Shown here: positions 1-14,787 of the stretch, piece by piece | Numbering within the stretch: the stretch's first letter is position 1 | How the letters are laid out: each line of letters begins with the position of its first letter | Assembly: GCF_006345805.1 (NCBI RefSeq) | Contig: NC_042999.1 | Coordinates: forward strand, 76,508,001-76,572,000 | Direction: 5' to 3' | DNA length: 64,000 nt | Source of the DNA: Octopus sinensis | Taxonomy: Eukaryota | The notes under the pieces: model-generated | What the model was told of the DNA's origin: nothing | The model's input: the letters and a program-made list of their open reading frames with translations, nothing else | Database searches by the model: none | Program-made: the position numbers and the translations under genes

Positions 1-64
1 GATGCACTTATATATATGTAATTACATACATCCCTGCATGCACATATATGTACTTGATACCAAA

Positions 65-112
<48 letters not shown>

Positions 113-307
113 CATGGAGTAAAATTGATGGATGAATGCATTGATCAATCTATCTATGGATGAATGGATGGAGGGATTGATAAGTGGATAAGAAAATATG
201 TCGATAGGCATCTATGTAGGCAGTCATTCAGCAACTACGTCAGTCAAAATGCCAAACCGACAGGTATACTTACAGGTAAGCAAGCAGTCATATAGGTCTT
301 TATACAT

Positions 308-349
<42 letters not shown>

Positions 350-661
350 GAGGTAAGTAGGCAGGCAGAGATGGAATAGATAAGCAGCTATGTAGAAGAG
401 GGGATGAGATAGAGGGTAGACAGGTAGACAGCGTTGCAGAATTGTGGTAAAAGGCTGGTGGGTAAGTTTAATATGAAGTTAGATGGGTAGGTAGGGATAT
501 TTCATATCGAAATGCATTCATATGTTACAAGGAACTTGCTCTATAACAATATATGTAGGTATGTCATAAATATTAATAGAGTTATAATATACATACACAC
601 GTGCGTATTTGAACACAATATTCATATACATATATAGGTGTAATTTTATATAATTTTATGC

Positions 662-702
<41 letters not shown>

Positions 703-805
703 TAGACATACACAAATATTTATATATATTCATGTGTGTGTGTGTGTGTATAAATATATATATACAGATACACACAGTTTCAGATAAACAGAGGGAGGTA
801 TGTCC

Positions 806-846
<41 letters not shown>

Positions 847-1446
847 TGTAATGTGCGTGCTTATACATTACACAATCTAAACACACACATATTGTGACAA
901 AGTAAATGAATGCTAAAGATAAGAGAGAGGGTAAGAGGGAGAGCGAGATAAAATGAGTCTAAAAGAGACACTGATAGTGTGCGAGAGAGGAATTTGGAGT
1001 GAGCAGGAGAGAGAGAAACACAGAAAGACAGAGTGAAAGACTTATAAATAGACATAACTGGTCTTTCTCTTGCATTATTTAGTATTTAGTGTATGAAAAA
1101 AAACAAAAGGAATCGGTTTTTTTTTCTTAAATCAATGCGCAAAGCACATGATTTGTTTGTGTTCACCAACTAACCTCGATTTATAGCTCATCTTTTCTTT
1201 CACCATTGTATATGAGTGAGATCAATATACAATCACAGAAACTAGATAGATGACCCAAAATACTGAGTTCAAACGGAATTATAAAAGGAACAATGAAAAT
1301 TGAGAAGGAAACAGTTTAAAAATCGATAATTTTCTGAACTGTGTTTTAGAGAAAGCCTTCAGCAGGAAAACGGGAAACATATATCAACATATGTCTATTT
1401 TTTTTTGGAATGTGTTTGTTTCATTATGTTTATATGTTTTTGTATA

Positions 1447-1484
<38 letters not shown>

Positions 1485-1837
1485 TGGGCGTTATTTTTAC
1501 ATTGTTTGCATTGCTTTAGAAAGAATAGAAATTTGAGGGGAAGGTGTTATTGAAATGTTGATTTCTAGTTTAGAAATCGATAAATTAAATACCAGTAAAA
1601 TATTGGGATCGATTTCAATTGACCAAAAACTTTCCTCAGAGCGAAAAATATTTTAGGTGCCCTAGGCTCGACGAAAAAATCGATGTTTCAAAAAAAAATC
1701 GAAATTATGGAAGTTAAATAAGCATTGTTAAAAAGAGATCAGAAGGCAACAGAATACTTTATTGCGTGTGCGGTATCAGAGGGGTTCATATATATATACA
1801 TACATACACACATATACAGCTGTATATTATTAAGGTA

Positions 1838-1995
1838 ATGAACAGGTAATATCTTAAGAGCATCGGGAAAAAATGCTTTGCTGTATTTTTTCTGATTTCC
1901 AGTTCCGCCGAGGTCAACCTTGCAACTCATCCTTTTGAGAACGATAAAAGGATTACCAGTCAAGTATTAAGAATGATGTAATTGATTTGTACTAT
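1838..1995 (+). mobile_element. Degenerate tRNA-headed SINE, family C
   Basis: gttccgccgaggtcaaccttgcaactcatccttttgagaacgataaaaggattaccagt aligns by eye to the reverse complement of the family-C copies at 12133-12334 and 59984-60194. Confidence 0.45.
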
Positions 1996-4555
1996 TACCC
2001 TCACCAAATTTCAGACGGTGTGTCTATATTACATACAATTATTATTATTACGATTGTTATCCGTTTTCTTATTGTTATTACTATCTCTCAAAGCTGCAAC
2101 ATGAATGCATTCACAAAGAAGTATCTATTCAGGACCCCTGTCACATTTAACCTATAATTAACATATAATTTATAATGGCGTATGTGTGTGGATGTTAAAA
2201 ATTTACGCTAACCGAACTAAAGTGAGTGAAAAATATGTGTGCGTGTGTGAAGAGAGAGGGACAAGAGGAGGAGAGAAAGAAGTGACATTAAATTCTATAT
2301 ATATTCAAATGTTTGTATAATGATAATCCTTGGCGTTAAATACACGTATTCCCATCAAATCAAATGAAAAACCAATTGAAGTCTAACTCTAGTTACCAAT
2401 CAGGACTGAGATATGTAAAGCCTTCCCTCCCGAAATTTATCAATGCGACTGGTAAAGTTGTACTTCATATTTTAAGTGAGAAAAAGTACGGTGCTCCGGG
2501 CATGTAAATAGCAACCCCGCAGCTGCGATTTCTGCTGATGTGGTTTGAATAAAGCCCGTCCTCAGTTGAACAGACTTATGGTCAAAGACTTTCAGGAATT
2601 AACAATCTCCTCTAGAGAACGACACTATATGTCATTGTTCCCTTAGTTGAAGTGGAGGTCGTAACGTGAAGGAGATTTGGCTGTAATATCTGACCGATCA
2701 ATTAACCATGATAGATCATTCTTTGCTGGTTCGATTTAATCAGGTAGGAGATCGTTGTATTCAATTTGTAAGAAAACCATTCGATTTTACCAGTAAGAAG
2801 TTTCAATTCCCCCTCAGTTTATCTGCTGTCTTTTGAGCTAAAAATATTCGTGTCAAACTTATATTTAATGTATCTCTATTTGTTATTTTAACTGGCTAAG
2901 CCACTTTGATTCGACCTTATACACACTGCAACGTAACTGAATACAGGATTACTTTTAAGAAAGAAAAAAACTTGAAATAAAAATTAAATAACAGTTGGTT
3001 TATGTTACAGGTTGGCACGCTCTCTGGAAAATAATCGGTAAGACGTGTATATGTGTATATGTGTGCATATATGTATTTTCATTTGTATATCTATCTATAT
3101 ATCTCTCGGCCAGTTCTGAACCAAAAGATTCACGTTCAGGGGCGTTCGTATAATGGTTAACCATGTTTTTTATCAAGCATAATGTATTAATAGCTACATT
3201 ATCCAATGTGGTCGTCCATTATTCAAGAGAGGAATTTGCGATTTGACAAAGAAATTTGCTGCTAATTCTAGCATTCGAAAGGTAACATCGTCTCCCACGT
3301 CGATTCACATATTTGTGTGTATATGTCTGTGCGTGCATACCGCAGGCTGTATATGTGTTACGAGAGTGCGCATCAACATCCAAATATATTTCTTCAAGGT
3401 ACTTTATATTCAATTACTTAATAATTATTAAACTGGTTTCTCTTTCGTCTAATGACTATTGGTAGCAAAGGAAGACACAAAAAAGGTTTAAATTACCCCC
3501 AGGGGAATTCCTCATGAAGTGGCTCAACAAACTGATTGTCTATTAAAGGATAAATATATATAAATCCGACATTAGTAATTATTTGATGAGATTCCAAACA
3601 AGGAGATATTAATCCTAAGGCTGTATTTCTCATAAGATGATACACAGAGATTTTGTACAAGTAAATAAATAGAAAAACAGAAAAAATTACATATATCTGA
3701 TTTTGAAGAAAAATGTTTTATGAAAGCGCCTGGAAGACAAAATTCGATGTGAAGAAATAAACGATAAAGTTTGATAGACTGCATTGTTTCTTAAAGGAAC
3801 CGAATTATAAAATGGACAAATCGATAAAATATGCTTTTGGATCTTTTCCATATAGAAACGAGTGGGAATGTTTTTCCGTTTTCCGCTAAGTATCGGTTGT
3901 ATTTCTCTTAACAATAAAACAGATTTATAGATGCTGAAAATTAAAGTCAGCCTGTGTTAAATATAGTTTAGTGATGATGCTGATTAGAGACACACGCACA
4001 TATGCATACGTACGTACTTATACTGGTGCATAGTAATATTTCACTTACCTGTAAACTATTCTTAATATAAATTGAGTTGGCTGGCGAAAACTAATTCATC
4101 GTCGAATATAATGAGGTTTCACATCCACAGACTAAATATATTGAAATTAGATACTATTAGAACAACCTTGCTTTCGGTTGTTTACTGGTTAGAATATAGA
4201 GAAGAAAATATACGTTGTTCTTCGGGAGAGAAGTGAATTGAATATGTCAAATCTTACCGAGCAATCTTAAAATAAATTGCGATAAATTTTCAGCCTGTAT
4301 TAAACTCATGTCTTGGTTCAGCTTCTGTTTATGATTGTAAATATTTAACTCCTTTATCTTATGCTTAAACTTAAAAAGTGCATGAGTGCCAAACGATGGT
4401 TCTTTGAACTTGAAGAAAAAGAAAACACTATTTATTCATCGTCGGGCATCCAACCATGGCTCACTTGGCTGAAACTTGAAAGTCAATCTCAATGATATTC
4501 TTTAACAGTTATATATATCTGTGTGTGTGTGTGTGTAAAGATATAGATATTTGTG

Positions 4556-4601
<46 letters not shown>

Positions 4602-4608
4602 AGTGTGT

Positions 4609-4790
4609 ATACTAGGGGAGCTGAAAAGTTCCTGGTTTTGGGTAAAAGAAAATACAGGATTAGTTAATTATGATTTTATAGAATATATTCCCCCTCTCAG
4701 GTTCACATATTTACTGCAGCGGTCCTTCAGTTATTTCTAAGCCCTGAAAAAGAACTCTGAAGGTTGCGCCTCCAACCAGACCTTACAGCA
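4609..4790 (+). mobile_element. Mariner-like MITE, right end missing
   Basis: Starts taggggagctgaaaagttcctgg. Body (ggtaaaagaaaatacagga..agttaattatgattttat..atattcccc.ctcag.ttcaca) is homologous to 54556-54767. No right TIR seen. Confidence 0.6.
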
Positions 4791-4799
4791 TATCAATAA

Positions 4800-4984
4800 T
4801 GTAACAGCTGGAGGAAGACAAGCCGCATTACTACTCATCTTGTACCCATTCTCAGCAGTGTAGATTGGAGCAACGTGAAATGAAATGTCTTGCTCAAAAA
4901 ACACAATGCGCCCCTCGAGCCAAGATATACAGCTATGTCCTTAAGGTTGTGAGCCGAGCACCCTTAATCACTAGACCGTGCGCC
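4800..4984 (-). mobile_element. tRNA-headed SINE, family A-like, partial
   Basis: Reverse complement begins ggcgcacggtctagtgattaagg (A-box-like). It contains ttgagcaagacatttcatttcacgttgctcca, shared with the copy at 54788-55120. Confidence 0.6.
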
Positions 4985-5679
4985 GTATACATGTAATCTC
5001 GATTTCATTTTACTAAAATAAGAGACTAAAGAAAGAAAACATGTACAGGTTTACCTTGTGAACAATACACTGACTGGGCGCCTTCCCCAAGTAGATACCA
5101 TTGTATTGAATGCTTCGAGGGGAAATTTGTTAATCTACTCCGAAACTTCGAAAATCATCCTTATGTATATTGAAATTTATACTACATGAACAGAAAGTAA
5201 AATACCTTATTACGGTATTATTTTGCCGTAAATTAGGTTAATAATGTCCCAAATTATCAAAGACAATATCCTATAAGCACATAAGCATACAAATAATTCT
5301 TCTGCAAAGATTAGAATATTATAGTAAAATTATATGAAAAACGATGTAAATGCTACTGTAACATGCAACTTAAGAACAAGAGGGGATTAAACGTGACCTT
5401 CCTGGATAAATCAAGAATTGTAACTATTTTTTAGTAATTAACTATGAAAACCTTAGTAACTACGTAAACTTTAGCAACTGTGAATTGTTTAAAAAAAAAC
5501 GAAAGAAAATTGAGAAGCACCGAACCAAAAGAAAATTTATCGACAATGGAAGAAAGGTGACAAATTGTGTTTGGAGAAATTCTACAGATTTAACTAAAGG
5601 GTTGTAAAACGTCCCGTCATTATCTGCGTTCCAATCTTTAGAGCGTCATACAAAATGTCCTTTTGTGTTTAGTTACGCC

Positions 5680-5815
5680 CCCTTACGTTCCGAGTTCAAA
5701 TCCAGTCGAAATTAATTTCATCTTTCATCCTTCTGAAGTCAATAAAATAAAGTACTAGTACAGTGCTGAAGTCTATTTTATCGACTAACCCTTCCCTCAA
5801 AATGTCGAGCTATCT
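5680..5815 (+). mobile_element. SINE family C, body and tail fragment
   Basis: acgttccgagttcaaatcc (B box), tctttcatccttctgaagtcaataaaataaagtac and atcgactaacccttccctcaaaat all match family C. Confidence 0.55.
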
Positions 5816-6029
5816 GCTTATTTTTGAAATGATCGCTGTCAGAATTTCAGTACCTAGTTACGTTTCTTTAGTTTCTTTTGGGGCGGTGGACTGGCAGAAT
5901 CCTTAAAGCCTCAGACGTCAGACCTTGTGGTAATTGTTCCACTACTGTACATTCTGATCTCGACTCCCGCCTTTCAGTCAATTTAGCATATCTAAGCTTA
6001 TATAATGTATCAATTTAATACTGCGATCG

Positions 6030-6650
6030 GTAGTACCGATTGTTCTGTTCCCCAAGAACGACGAAACTATTCCGTATGAACTTGTTTTACTGTCCTGACT
6101 TTGCGGACTTCTGGAGTTATGTTGAATAGCAACTGCCCAGTGTTGGACGAATCTGGAGAACAGCCGAAACTTGGTTATTCTGTCGCCTCCCTCCTTTAAC
6201 CAGACAGAAAAGAGAGTCATCTATCTGTTGTCTGTGTTTAAAGAGTTCGTGAGGTGGACGAAGATAAAAAATTTGAGGACACATTCTTTTCCTCGGCTGA
6301 GCTTTCACCAATGTTTCCAAGTTTCACTAGAAAAAGCAAAGAGGAGATGGAGAGGGGAGTGCTGTCGTCAATCCAAATTTATTGAAAGTTAGGAAAATGG
6401 CAAGAGTTGATGGGAAGACAACTGAGGGGGACACGTGACATTAGTGTTCGGGGTGATCTTACATCTGTGAGATTCAAATATCAGGAAGACAGCTTGATCA
6501 TCGTTTATAATTTGTATACAATGTATAATTATATTTCATTTTTTTTTTTTTCAACTCATTTGATTTTCTATGTAAATCTCCACACTTTATGTCTGCCTTT
6601 GTAATTTCCCCCTCATCAGACTACCTGGTAACAAATAAAAGAAATCATTA
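6030..6650 (+). mobile_element. 3' relic of a Tx1/L1-clade non-LTR retrotransposon (ORF2 C-terminus plus 3' UTR)
   Basis: Frameshifted translation ..NDETI..CPDFADFWSYVE*QL..VGRI..AE..VILSPPSFNQTEKRVIYLLSVFKEFVRWT..KFH*KK..EREVL..SKFIE..KMARVDG resembles the post-zinc-knuckle C-terminus of Tx1-like ORF2 (by eye). It ends in aataaaagaaat followed by (ATT)n. Confidence 0.55.
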
Positions 6651-7065
6651 TTATTATTATTATTATCATTTCCTTAGAGACCTTTGATGTTCTGTAGACC
6701 GATGCTTACTTTTGCAGATGAAAGACAAATCTTCTCGATAAATAAATATAAATACTGTTTAATGTGGGCACTACAAACCAAACGGATCACCCATCACTTA
6801 CTGTTGCTGCTTCCGTATATAATTACAACTAAGTAGATAGTACAGCTGCCAGTTTAACTATCCTGACCACACAGTGTCGATGTCGTTAGCAACGATTTGT
6901 ACTCCAGTTCTGTACTGAATCGGTTGTCTATGACCTAGATATTATATAAACATTACATGCAATAAAAGAAGAGAGAAACAATGAACTTCGAGGAAAGTAT
7001 AGATTGTCTGAGTTGGCAAATAGTGCCAGAAGTTGGCAAAGTAGAATAAATTATTTTGTCATGAG

Positions 7066-7108
<43 letters not shown>

Positions 7109-9176
7109 AGGGTTCTGTCAAGTTTCTCTTCTCATATTTCTCACAGCAAAATAATTTAGTCTACTTTGCTGTTCTCCATCTGATGATGGGTATGAGGATG
7201 ATAATGATGATACTGAGGAGGAAGAGGACGACAACAACGACGACGATGATGATAATGATGATGATAACGGAAGGTTATGCTGGAGGCGGCGGTGGTTGTG
7301 GCGGTTGCATTTTCTTGTATAACTGACTCTAACAATGGAATTATTTCTTTGTATGTTCAGTTACTATGGTTTGTACTATTGTTATTTGCCGTCTGCCTCA
7401 GTTCTTTACCAGAACAGGTGAAAAACAAAATCAAAATAAAAGCTTCGAACACGATTATATGTTCCATCTAGCTGTAAATTAGCATCAGACGGTTCACACC
7501 GTTCATTTTTGCTAATTTTTTACTATTTAGTCACACAATACATCTCATCCATTAGAATTTTCGTCGAGGAAACTGATGATTAAAAGCATTCTTGCAAAAC
7601 TATTCCCTGTTTTGTATATATATAGGGCTACTTTGCATAACATGGCCTTCATCTTCCAATATCATCGAGTGTACTTCGGAAGATTTTGGCTATTATTTTT
7701 AACATTTTCAGCGAATGTATAGTAGATACCACGTTTTCGTCATTTTCATCATGTACCAGGGGAATATGTAATTGGAAACCATTTTGTCAGTTCATAGAGC
7801 TAAGGACCAGTAAGATCTGTTTTTTAAATCAGAGGGTTGAAAGCTCACATTTATAGTGGTCGCAATATGTATGGAGCCTATTTTTGAACCCATTATGATC
7901 ATATATGAGTTGATGTAGAACTTTAGAATAGGAAAACATCCATTAAATGTTATAATGTGCTCGCTGCTTGCAACACTGAACAAAACCACGTTACGGTACT
8001 TGATTATGACTTGGTTAACAGAACCGTTAAAAGCAACATGTTTTGGGTCATGGACACGGCATATCACCATCGAGAGTGTATGAACCAATGACATAAGGCT
8101 TCGCATATAGCTGTCGGATACCTTACAGTATAATCTCTGATACACAACAATATCCTGGAGTAAAGAAAATAGTAAGTATATAAAAGGGAAAAATCGAAGA
8201 GGCAGAATATCCTATTATATGTCTTCACTTCGATTACCACCTACATGAATTAAATATATTTAATCTTCCGTCTGTCAAAGAATGATTAATTCTAATGACT
8301 TCAAGAATAAAAGAATCGGGAGTTGTGAGGCTACCCATACCTTTTAAAGACAGAAATGAGAACTATGAGTAAAACAGTCGCATACAGGATTGGAACTTGA
8401 AACCGGAACTAACTGCCGGATACATACAGCAACGCAATAAAGCTATCTAAAATCCTATTAATCTAAAATAAAACATGATTCATCTCCCACTCCCAAATTT
8501 CAATTTATTAGTAAATTACACACCCAGTTCAAACCGTTTATTTTGTTTCTTTTACTTTACTCTGTTTCTTTCTGACAACACGCCCAAGTAGTTTACTAGT
8601 CATTAAACGAGAGTGCAAATTTTGAAATATCTCGAAAAATAAGTCATTAATATACAAAATAAGTACCCAGTTTCTCATTTGAATTATATGTTCGAATTGA
8701 AAAGGAAATACATAATAGTAAAACTACAGATAATGGAAGTACTATTTTTATGATATGTAAAAAAACAAACAACAACAAAAAAGCAACCACATTGTTGTTA
8801 TTTTTCTCTTTAATTACCAAATTTGAGCACTTTCTCGTGAATCAGTCATTCTACTTAAGACTAAGAACAGGAAGTAGAATTTGTTTCCAAATATGAAAGA
8901 AAGAGTATTAGCACTTAACATATATGGTGACCGTTTTGCTCGGTTCCACTTCTTGATAAAAAAGAAGCTGTTTATTAAAAACATATAAAAGAGCATGCAT
9001 ATATGTGCGTGTGTATGTAATATATAGGTAGCGCATACATATATCTGTATGTGTGTGTTGTACATAAACGACACAGACACACATGCGCGCGCTCACACAC
9101 GCACACATACACGCACACACACACACAAACACACGCACACACACACAAACACACGCACACACACACACATACACAA

Positions 9177-9221
<45 letters not shown>

Positions 9222-9318
9222 GAGAGGGGGAGAGACAAAGCATCATCTTATGCTGTTCGTTTTGAGAAACACCGTAACACCACAATACATTCGGCTTAGT
9301 GTAGAAGATGCAGTCAGA

Positions 9319-9351
<33 letters not shown>

Positions 9352-10557
9352 GTGTGTGTGTGTGTGTGTGTCTTGTTTGGTAATGAAGGGCTGAAATATA
9401 ATGGTGTGAGGAGATCCTAATCAGTGACTGATAAATGTCTGAACGTCATAAGACAATACGTTTCCTTCAAAACTTACGTTCATTGCACCTGTCAAATGTG
9501 CCTAAACATGGCTCAGAAGTAAAGACTTTAGCTTTGTATTATACAATGATGTAATCCAGGCTCCGGTAATTCTCCCATGACCTCGACTCAACATAAAATT
9601 AATTGCGAGTAAAATTGGGCAGAGAGAATCTATGGAAAAATGTGTCAGATATATATCTCATGGGTTTATAAATTTCTTCCGTCAGCATTTTTAACATTAC
9701 CACACGGGCCTTTATTGGTGGCCATTCAGTTATTACTTATGGTCCATGACATCGGTTTGACGTTTTCCCTACTTTTTCCCCAAGCATGCAATTAAGTAGG
9801 CTTTCAATTATGTATCTATATTGTATGATACATAGGTTGCTATTTTAAACTAACTCTGCTTCTGTCACACAGAGGAAAATGGTAGTTGAATTGAGGCTGT
9901 AGAGAACGTCGTTTAGAAGAACAAAATAAACGCTTCTCTCTACAAGGCCTTGAATTAGTGGATCCATTGTGTAAAGGCACTCCAAAATTAGCAATATCTT
10001 GTGTTAAGAGGTCTCCGAGTTATGAATAACGATAGTCAGAGAACTGATTTCTGAACCGTATATTACGAAGATGTTCCGGAATCGGTAGGATAAATAGCTG
10101 AGGGGTCGATCAATAAACGAGGTATCGAAATTTCACTGCCTGTGGTTTCGTCATTCACCCACCGTGTCCACTTAATGTAGTATTTCAATACGCTTACTAG
10201 CACACGCGCGCACGCAGTTTTCTAGCCTTAATGATATAGAACTAAGTTTCAGCCGTCCGAAAGTCACAACTGAATTGTATATCTGAATATTCTACTGCTA
10301 TTATCATATAACACAGTCTGAAACATAGTATTGATTTATTTACTTCTGTGGTTTGAGAACATAGTCTGACTTGTTTTCATTTTCTCTTACTGTCATTTTT
10401 AGTATCTAGTACTTCCGGTAGTTTTGCAATAAAACAAAAGGCTTTAGACTGCAAAATGAAAATGAATTATACTAATGAGATCAAAAGAATGTGAATGTGT
10501 ATTTGTATGTGTGTTCTGATATACCTATATACCTATATATAAATGTACCTATATATA

Positions 10558-10595
<38 letters not shown>

Positions 10596-10877
10596 TGTGT
10601 GTGTACTGACACAGACACTAGCACGCAAACACAGGGTATGTGTGTGTGTGAGAGTGTGTATATATATATATAATATATATATATATATATCGTAGCTGTA
10701 TTTAATTGCCTAGGATAATTCAAATACTACTAACAAAACGAAGGAAAATTAATAAAACAGAAGTAATCTCACTATGTTTGCTCTTCGAACTCATTACATT
10801 ACCAATACAGAGTAGATTATGAGATACGGTTGTGCATATGTGTGTATCGGCGGTTATAAGCATACGTAGAGAGACAT

Positions 10878-10959
<82 letters not shown>

Positions 10960-11575
10960 TATATGTATGTATGTATGTATACACACACAGAGACTAACAC
11001 AATTATACACCTACTTAAACATACATGCACATAGTTTGATTTATAACATTCAATACTGTCGTTTTCATTGACTCACTCTCTATCTCTCTTGTTGAGAAGA
11101 TGTATAAATTTCATAGTTCCCAAATTTACCAACTCCATTCGTGTATTTGACTGCCAAAACCATTTAAAATTTCCCAAAGTGTTGAGGTTAGAAATGCCCC
11201 GGACATGCTCTAAAGACTCTCAATGAAATTCTATACATTGCCACATGGATATATTCTTGCATAAAATGACAAGTGTGTGACCACCACGCAACAGCTCTAT
11301 CACTTACATATATATGCATACACACATGACATACGCTGTAGTTTAGCCGAGGTTAAACCAAGTCGAGCATTCATATAATTAAGTGTATTCCAACCATGAC
11401 CTTTTACATATTTTATAATGTCGATTGTCTAATGTGCTATTTACTTATTTAAGCCCGTAGATGCATTATTACATGCTTGTACCCCTATCCATCTCGATGG
11501 TCTATATATATGTATATATATATATACATATGTGTGTGCATGTATATATATATTGGCACATACACATAAATACGA

Positions 11576-11641
<66 letters not shown>

Positions 11642-12132
11642 CACAGTGTCTCACTCCGTAAATTTTTGCTCGTAAAGCCGAGGCAGGATATATATATTTA
11701 TTGAAACCCTACACTTCACAGGAAAAGTGAAATGTAAAATTGCGATACTTACGCATCTTTCACGAACATTTAAACATTCTGGAGCAGCCATTCGAATCAG
11801 AACAGAATTTCTACCCACCATATAGTTCGCTTCCCGTTTCAACTTCACCTGCAGAAACATCTGATTGGTTATCAGCAACATAAATCCACTTAGACTAGGA
11901 GGACCTGCAGGGAGTATGGGTGCTGAAACTTCGATACTGAATTGTAAAAAAAATTATAATGCGATCGACAAAGTTCCATCGATGTTTTTGATTTTCCAAA
12001 TAGAAGTTAACCATGTTACAGAAAACAATGTACTAAAACATCGTCGATGTATTTTCTTATTCAGGTTTAAGTATTGTGGCTTTAACACACAATCAACAGC
12101 CTTGGGTTCAGATATGATATCGATTTCGAATT

Positions 12133-12334
12133 TTGGCTCAAGGCCAGCAATTTCGGGAAAGGGTGTAAGTTGATTACATCGTCTCCAATAATCAACTGGT
12201 AGTTATTTTATCGACTCTGAAATAATTAAACTCAAAGAAGTCCTCGGCAGAATTTGAACTCAATATATATAAACGGACAAAATACCGCTAAGCATTTTCG
12301 CCGGTGTGCCAACGATTCTGCCAGCTCGCGCCTT
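12133..12334 (-). mobile_element. tRNA-headed SINE, family C
   Basis: Reverse complement starts aaggcgcgagctggcagaatcgttggcac (A box) and contains gagttcaaattc (B box). Homologous to many copies in this window. Confidence 0.75.
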
Positions 12335-13202
12335 AGACTCAGTTAGGCAATGTCCTATCAATTAGGCAATGTCATTTGTGTTCGTCACATTTATTTCTTA
12401 ATTGTAAGTAATTTTATAGCAATAAAATAAAGCAGCAAAAATAACTATTTCTGATTGTCACATTTGTTATTTCTGTATCGTAAACGATTTGATAACAATA
12501 AAAAAGGGAACCGGTTAAAATAATAATTTCTGATCGTAACATTTGTTATTTCTTAATTGTTAGCAGTTTTATAACAATGAATTAGAAAGAAGATGAAATA
12601 ACTATTTTTCTCACAATCATCCAATCTATTTCCCTTCTAGTGTATTCAACTCAATGAGGTGTCGGCATCCGGTATTACTTGAGTTGGTTTCTGATTTGTT
12701 CCTTATAAAAATGAAACATCACGAAATTTGCCTTAGGAACTAGACCATTGACTTCTATATTCAAGAGGTGTCTAATACTTAGTGAGTATATATACAGTAG
12801 ACATATACACAGAAGAGACTAAGGAGAAAAAGCTGAGAGAGATAAACAAAAGCGCAGCCACAAGTGGAGAAATCATTAAACGAAGTACTTAAGCTAAAGA
12901 CAAATTTAAGATCAAGATAAGCTGAGAAATGCGTTAGACTAGAGATCAAAAATGAGTACGATTTGGTTTATTTCAGCTTTAATTGTGCCGCTGATTCACT
13001 TCTATTAATATTAAGAATATAATTTAATATAAAATAATGCTTATCACGTACAATCGACTGGCAATGACTAACTACTACATAAAAAAGGGGTAAACATCGG
13101 TGCTTACGCACCAATTCTTTTAACCTAACTCCTTGAAGTACACACATACACACACATACATATACAGTGAGAAAGAAATATATAGAGAGATAAATAGAAT
13201 GG

Positions 13203-13254
<52 letters not shown>

Positions 13255-13277
13255 CGATGTGTGCTATGCGCGTGTTT

Positions 13278-13310
<33 letters not shown>

Positions 13311-13598
13311 GCGACATATACTACCTTCACAACACTTAGATTCTTTCTTCAATGACACTTCAGGTAGTATAATCCTAAGGGATATATGTAAGGGTGTAGC
13401 AAACAGTTGTAGTATGAAGATAAAACATTCAACCAATTTTAAGAAATACAAAGTATTTTGCATTGGGTACATTTTGTGTGTATGTGTGCATGTGTGAATC
13501 TGTGTCTACTACATATGTATAAATGTATCTGTGTGTGTATATAGATAAATAGATAGATAACATTGTATTATTGTTTCTGAGCATATTTATCTCCCACC

Positions 13599-13674
<76 letters not shown>

Positions 13675-13856
13675 TGTTTCATAATCGGTCATCACAAACG
13701 CATCTATAAACACACACAGGCATATATAATTAAGCGCATACATTATGTATGTGTGTATGTGTGAGAGAGAGAAAGAGCATGTGTGTGAGCGTGTGTGTTT
13801 GTGTCTGCGCGTGTGTCTATGAGTGTATGTAGATAGATATAGATATTTGTACACAT

Positions 13857-13901
<45 letters not shown>

Positions 13902-14611
13902 ATGTACGTGGTGTGTGTATGTCTGTATAAGATTGTATGAGATGAGCGATCAATAGGGAAAAATATAGGAAATAACAAATAACCAGGCTATTACACAATT
14001 TACCCTGGTCTGGCAGCCAACCTCCATAAACATCTTAATTAAGCGTATTACTGAACAACAAAGAATATTATATTACACTAAAGAAAATTAATTTGCGGCT
14101 GCCTCATAAATACTATTATTAGACATCTAAAGAAAAAGAATGGAAATAAGATAAATAGAAATTCAAAGCTAAAATTGGAGAAAGAAGAAACATAAATCTT
14201 ATAAGTTGAAATGATGAAGTCGGACCGTACATACTTAACCCTAAAGGGAAATGTTTTATAGAAAAATAGCTAATTTCTATTGGCTGTAAAGAGATTTAGA
14301 ATAATGTAACTCATCAAATACTATATTATTAAGTAATTGTGATTTGATTATGAATTTCAGGATGAATTCTAAAAATGAAAGTAGATACTTATGTGTCGAT
14401 GGATTGGCACGGTTGTTAGACTATCGGATAAGACGCCTTGCAGTATCGGTTCCAGCTCTTTTCGCTTTGACATTAATGTCTGCGATGACACTCGCCTTAG
14501 ACCCTGTATCCGCCTTTCCTTTCTTCGTACATAATCGGTAGCATGGAGAAAGAGCTAACTTTCCTCAATTTTGCCCTGAGAAGAAGGTCCTAAAAACTCT
14601 ATTGATTCCTC

Positions 14612-14787
14612 AATACTTAACATCTAATACCAATCTCAAAATTCTCACTGCTCCCAATATAGCAGTTTTCTGAGCATGTTGTACCCTCTTGTCAATCCCA
14701 ATTTCTTCAACAAATTTCTCAAACTCGGTTGTCTCATGCACCCAACATCCCTACAACTACGTGGGCAATATAGTACGTAGTTTTAGG
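14612..14787 (-). mobile_element. R4/Dong-like element, extreme 3' coding fragment
   Basis: Minus strand reads VVVGMLGA/TTEFEKFVEEIGIDKRVQHAQKTAILGAVRILRLVL, the C-terminal tail after the RLE endonuclease. Clearly homologous at DNA level to 17760-17915 (+). Confidence 0.75.

Noticed and set aside
5111-5150. cttcga-gggg..ctcc-gaaac-ttc, a possible decayed hammerhead
   Set aside because: Core and cleavage triplet both deviate and no stem I is found; cannot be supported without a family consensus.
6601-6625. Minus-strand CUGAUGA-GGGG-GAAA
   Set aside because: No stem II can form and there is no UH triplet with a stem I partner; not a hammerhead.
7931-8075. Possible exon (..VLDYDLVNRTV..MFWVMD..) faintly like a YWTD propeller repeat
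   Set aside because: Weak splice signals, flanking stops and no neighbouring exons; likely chance.
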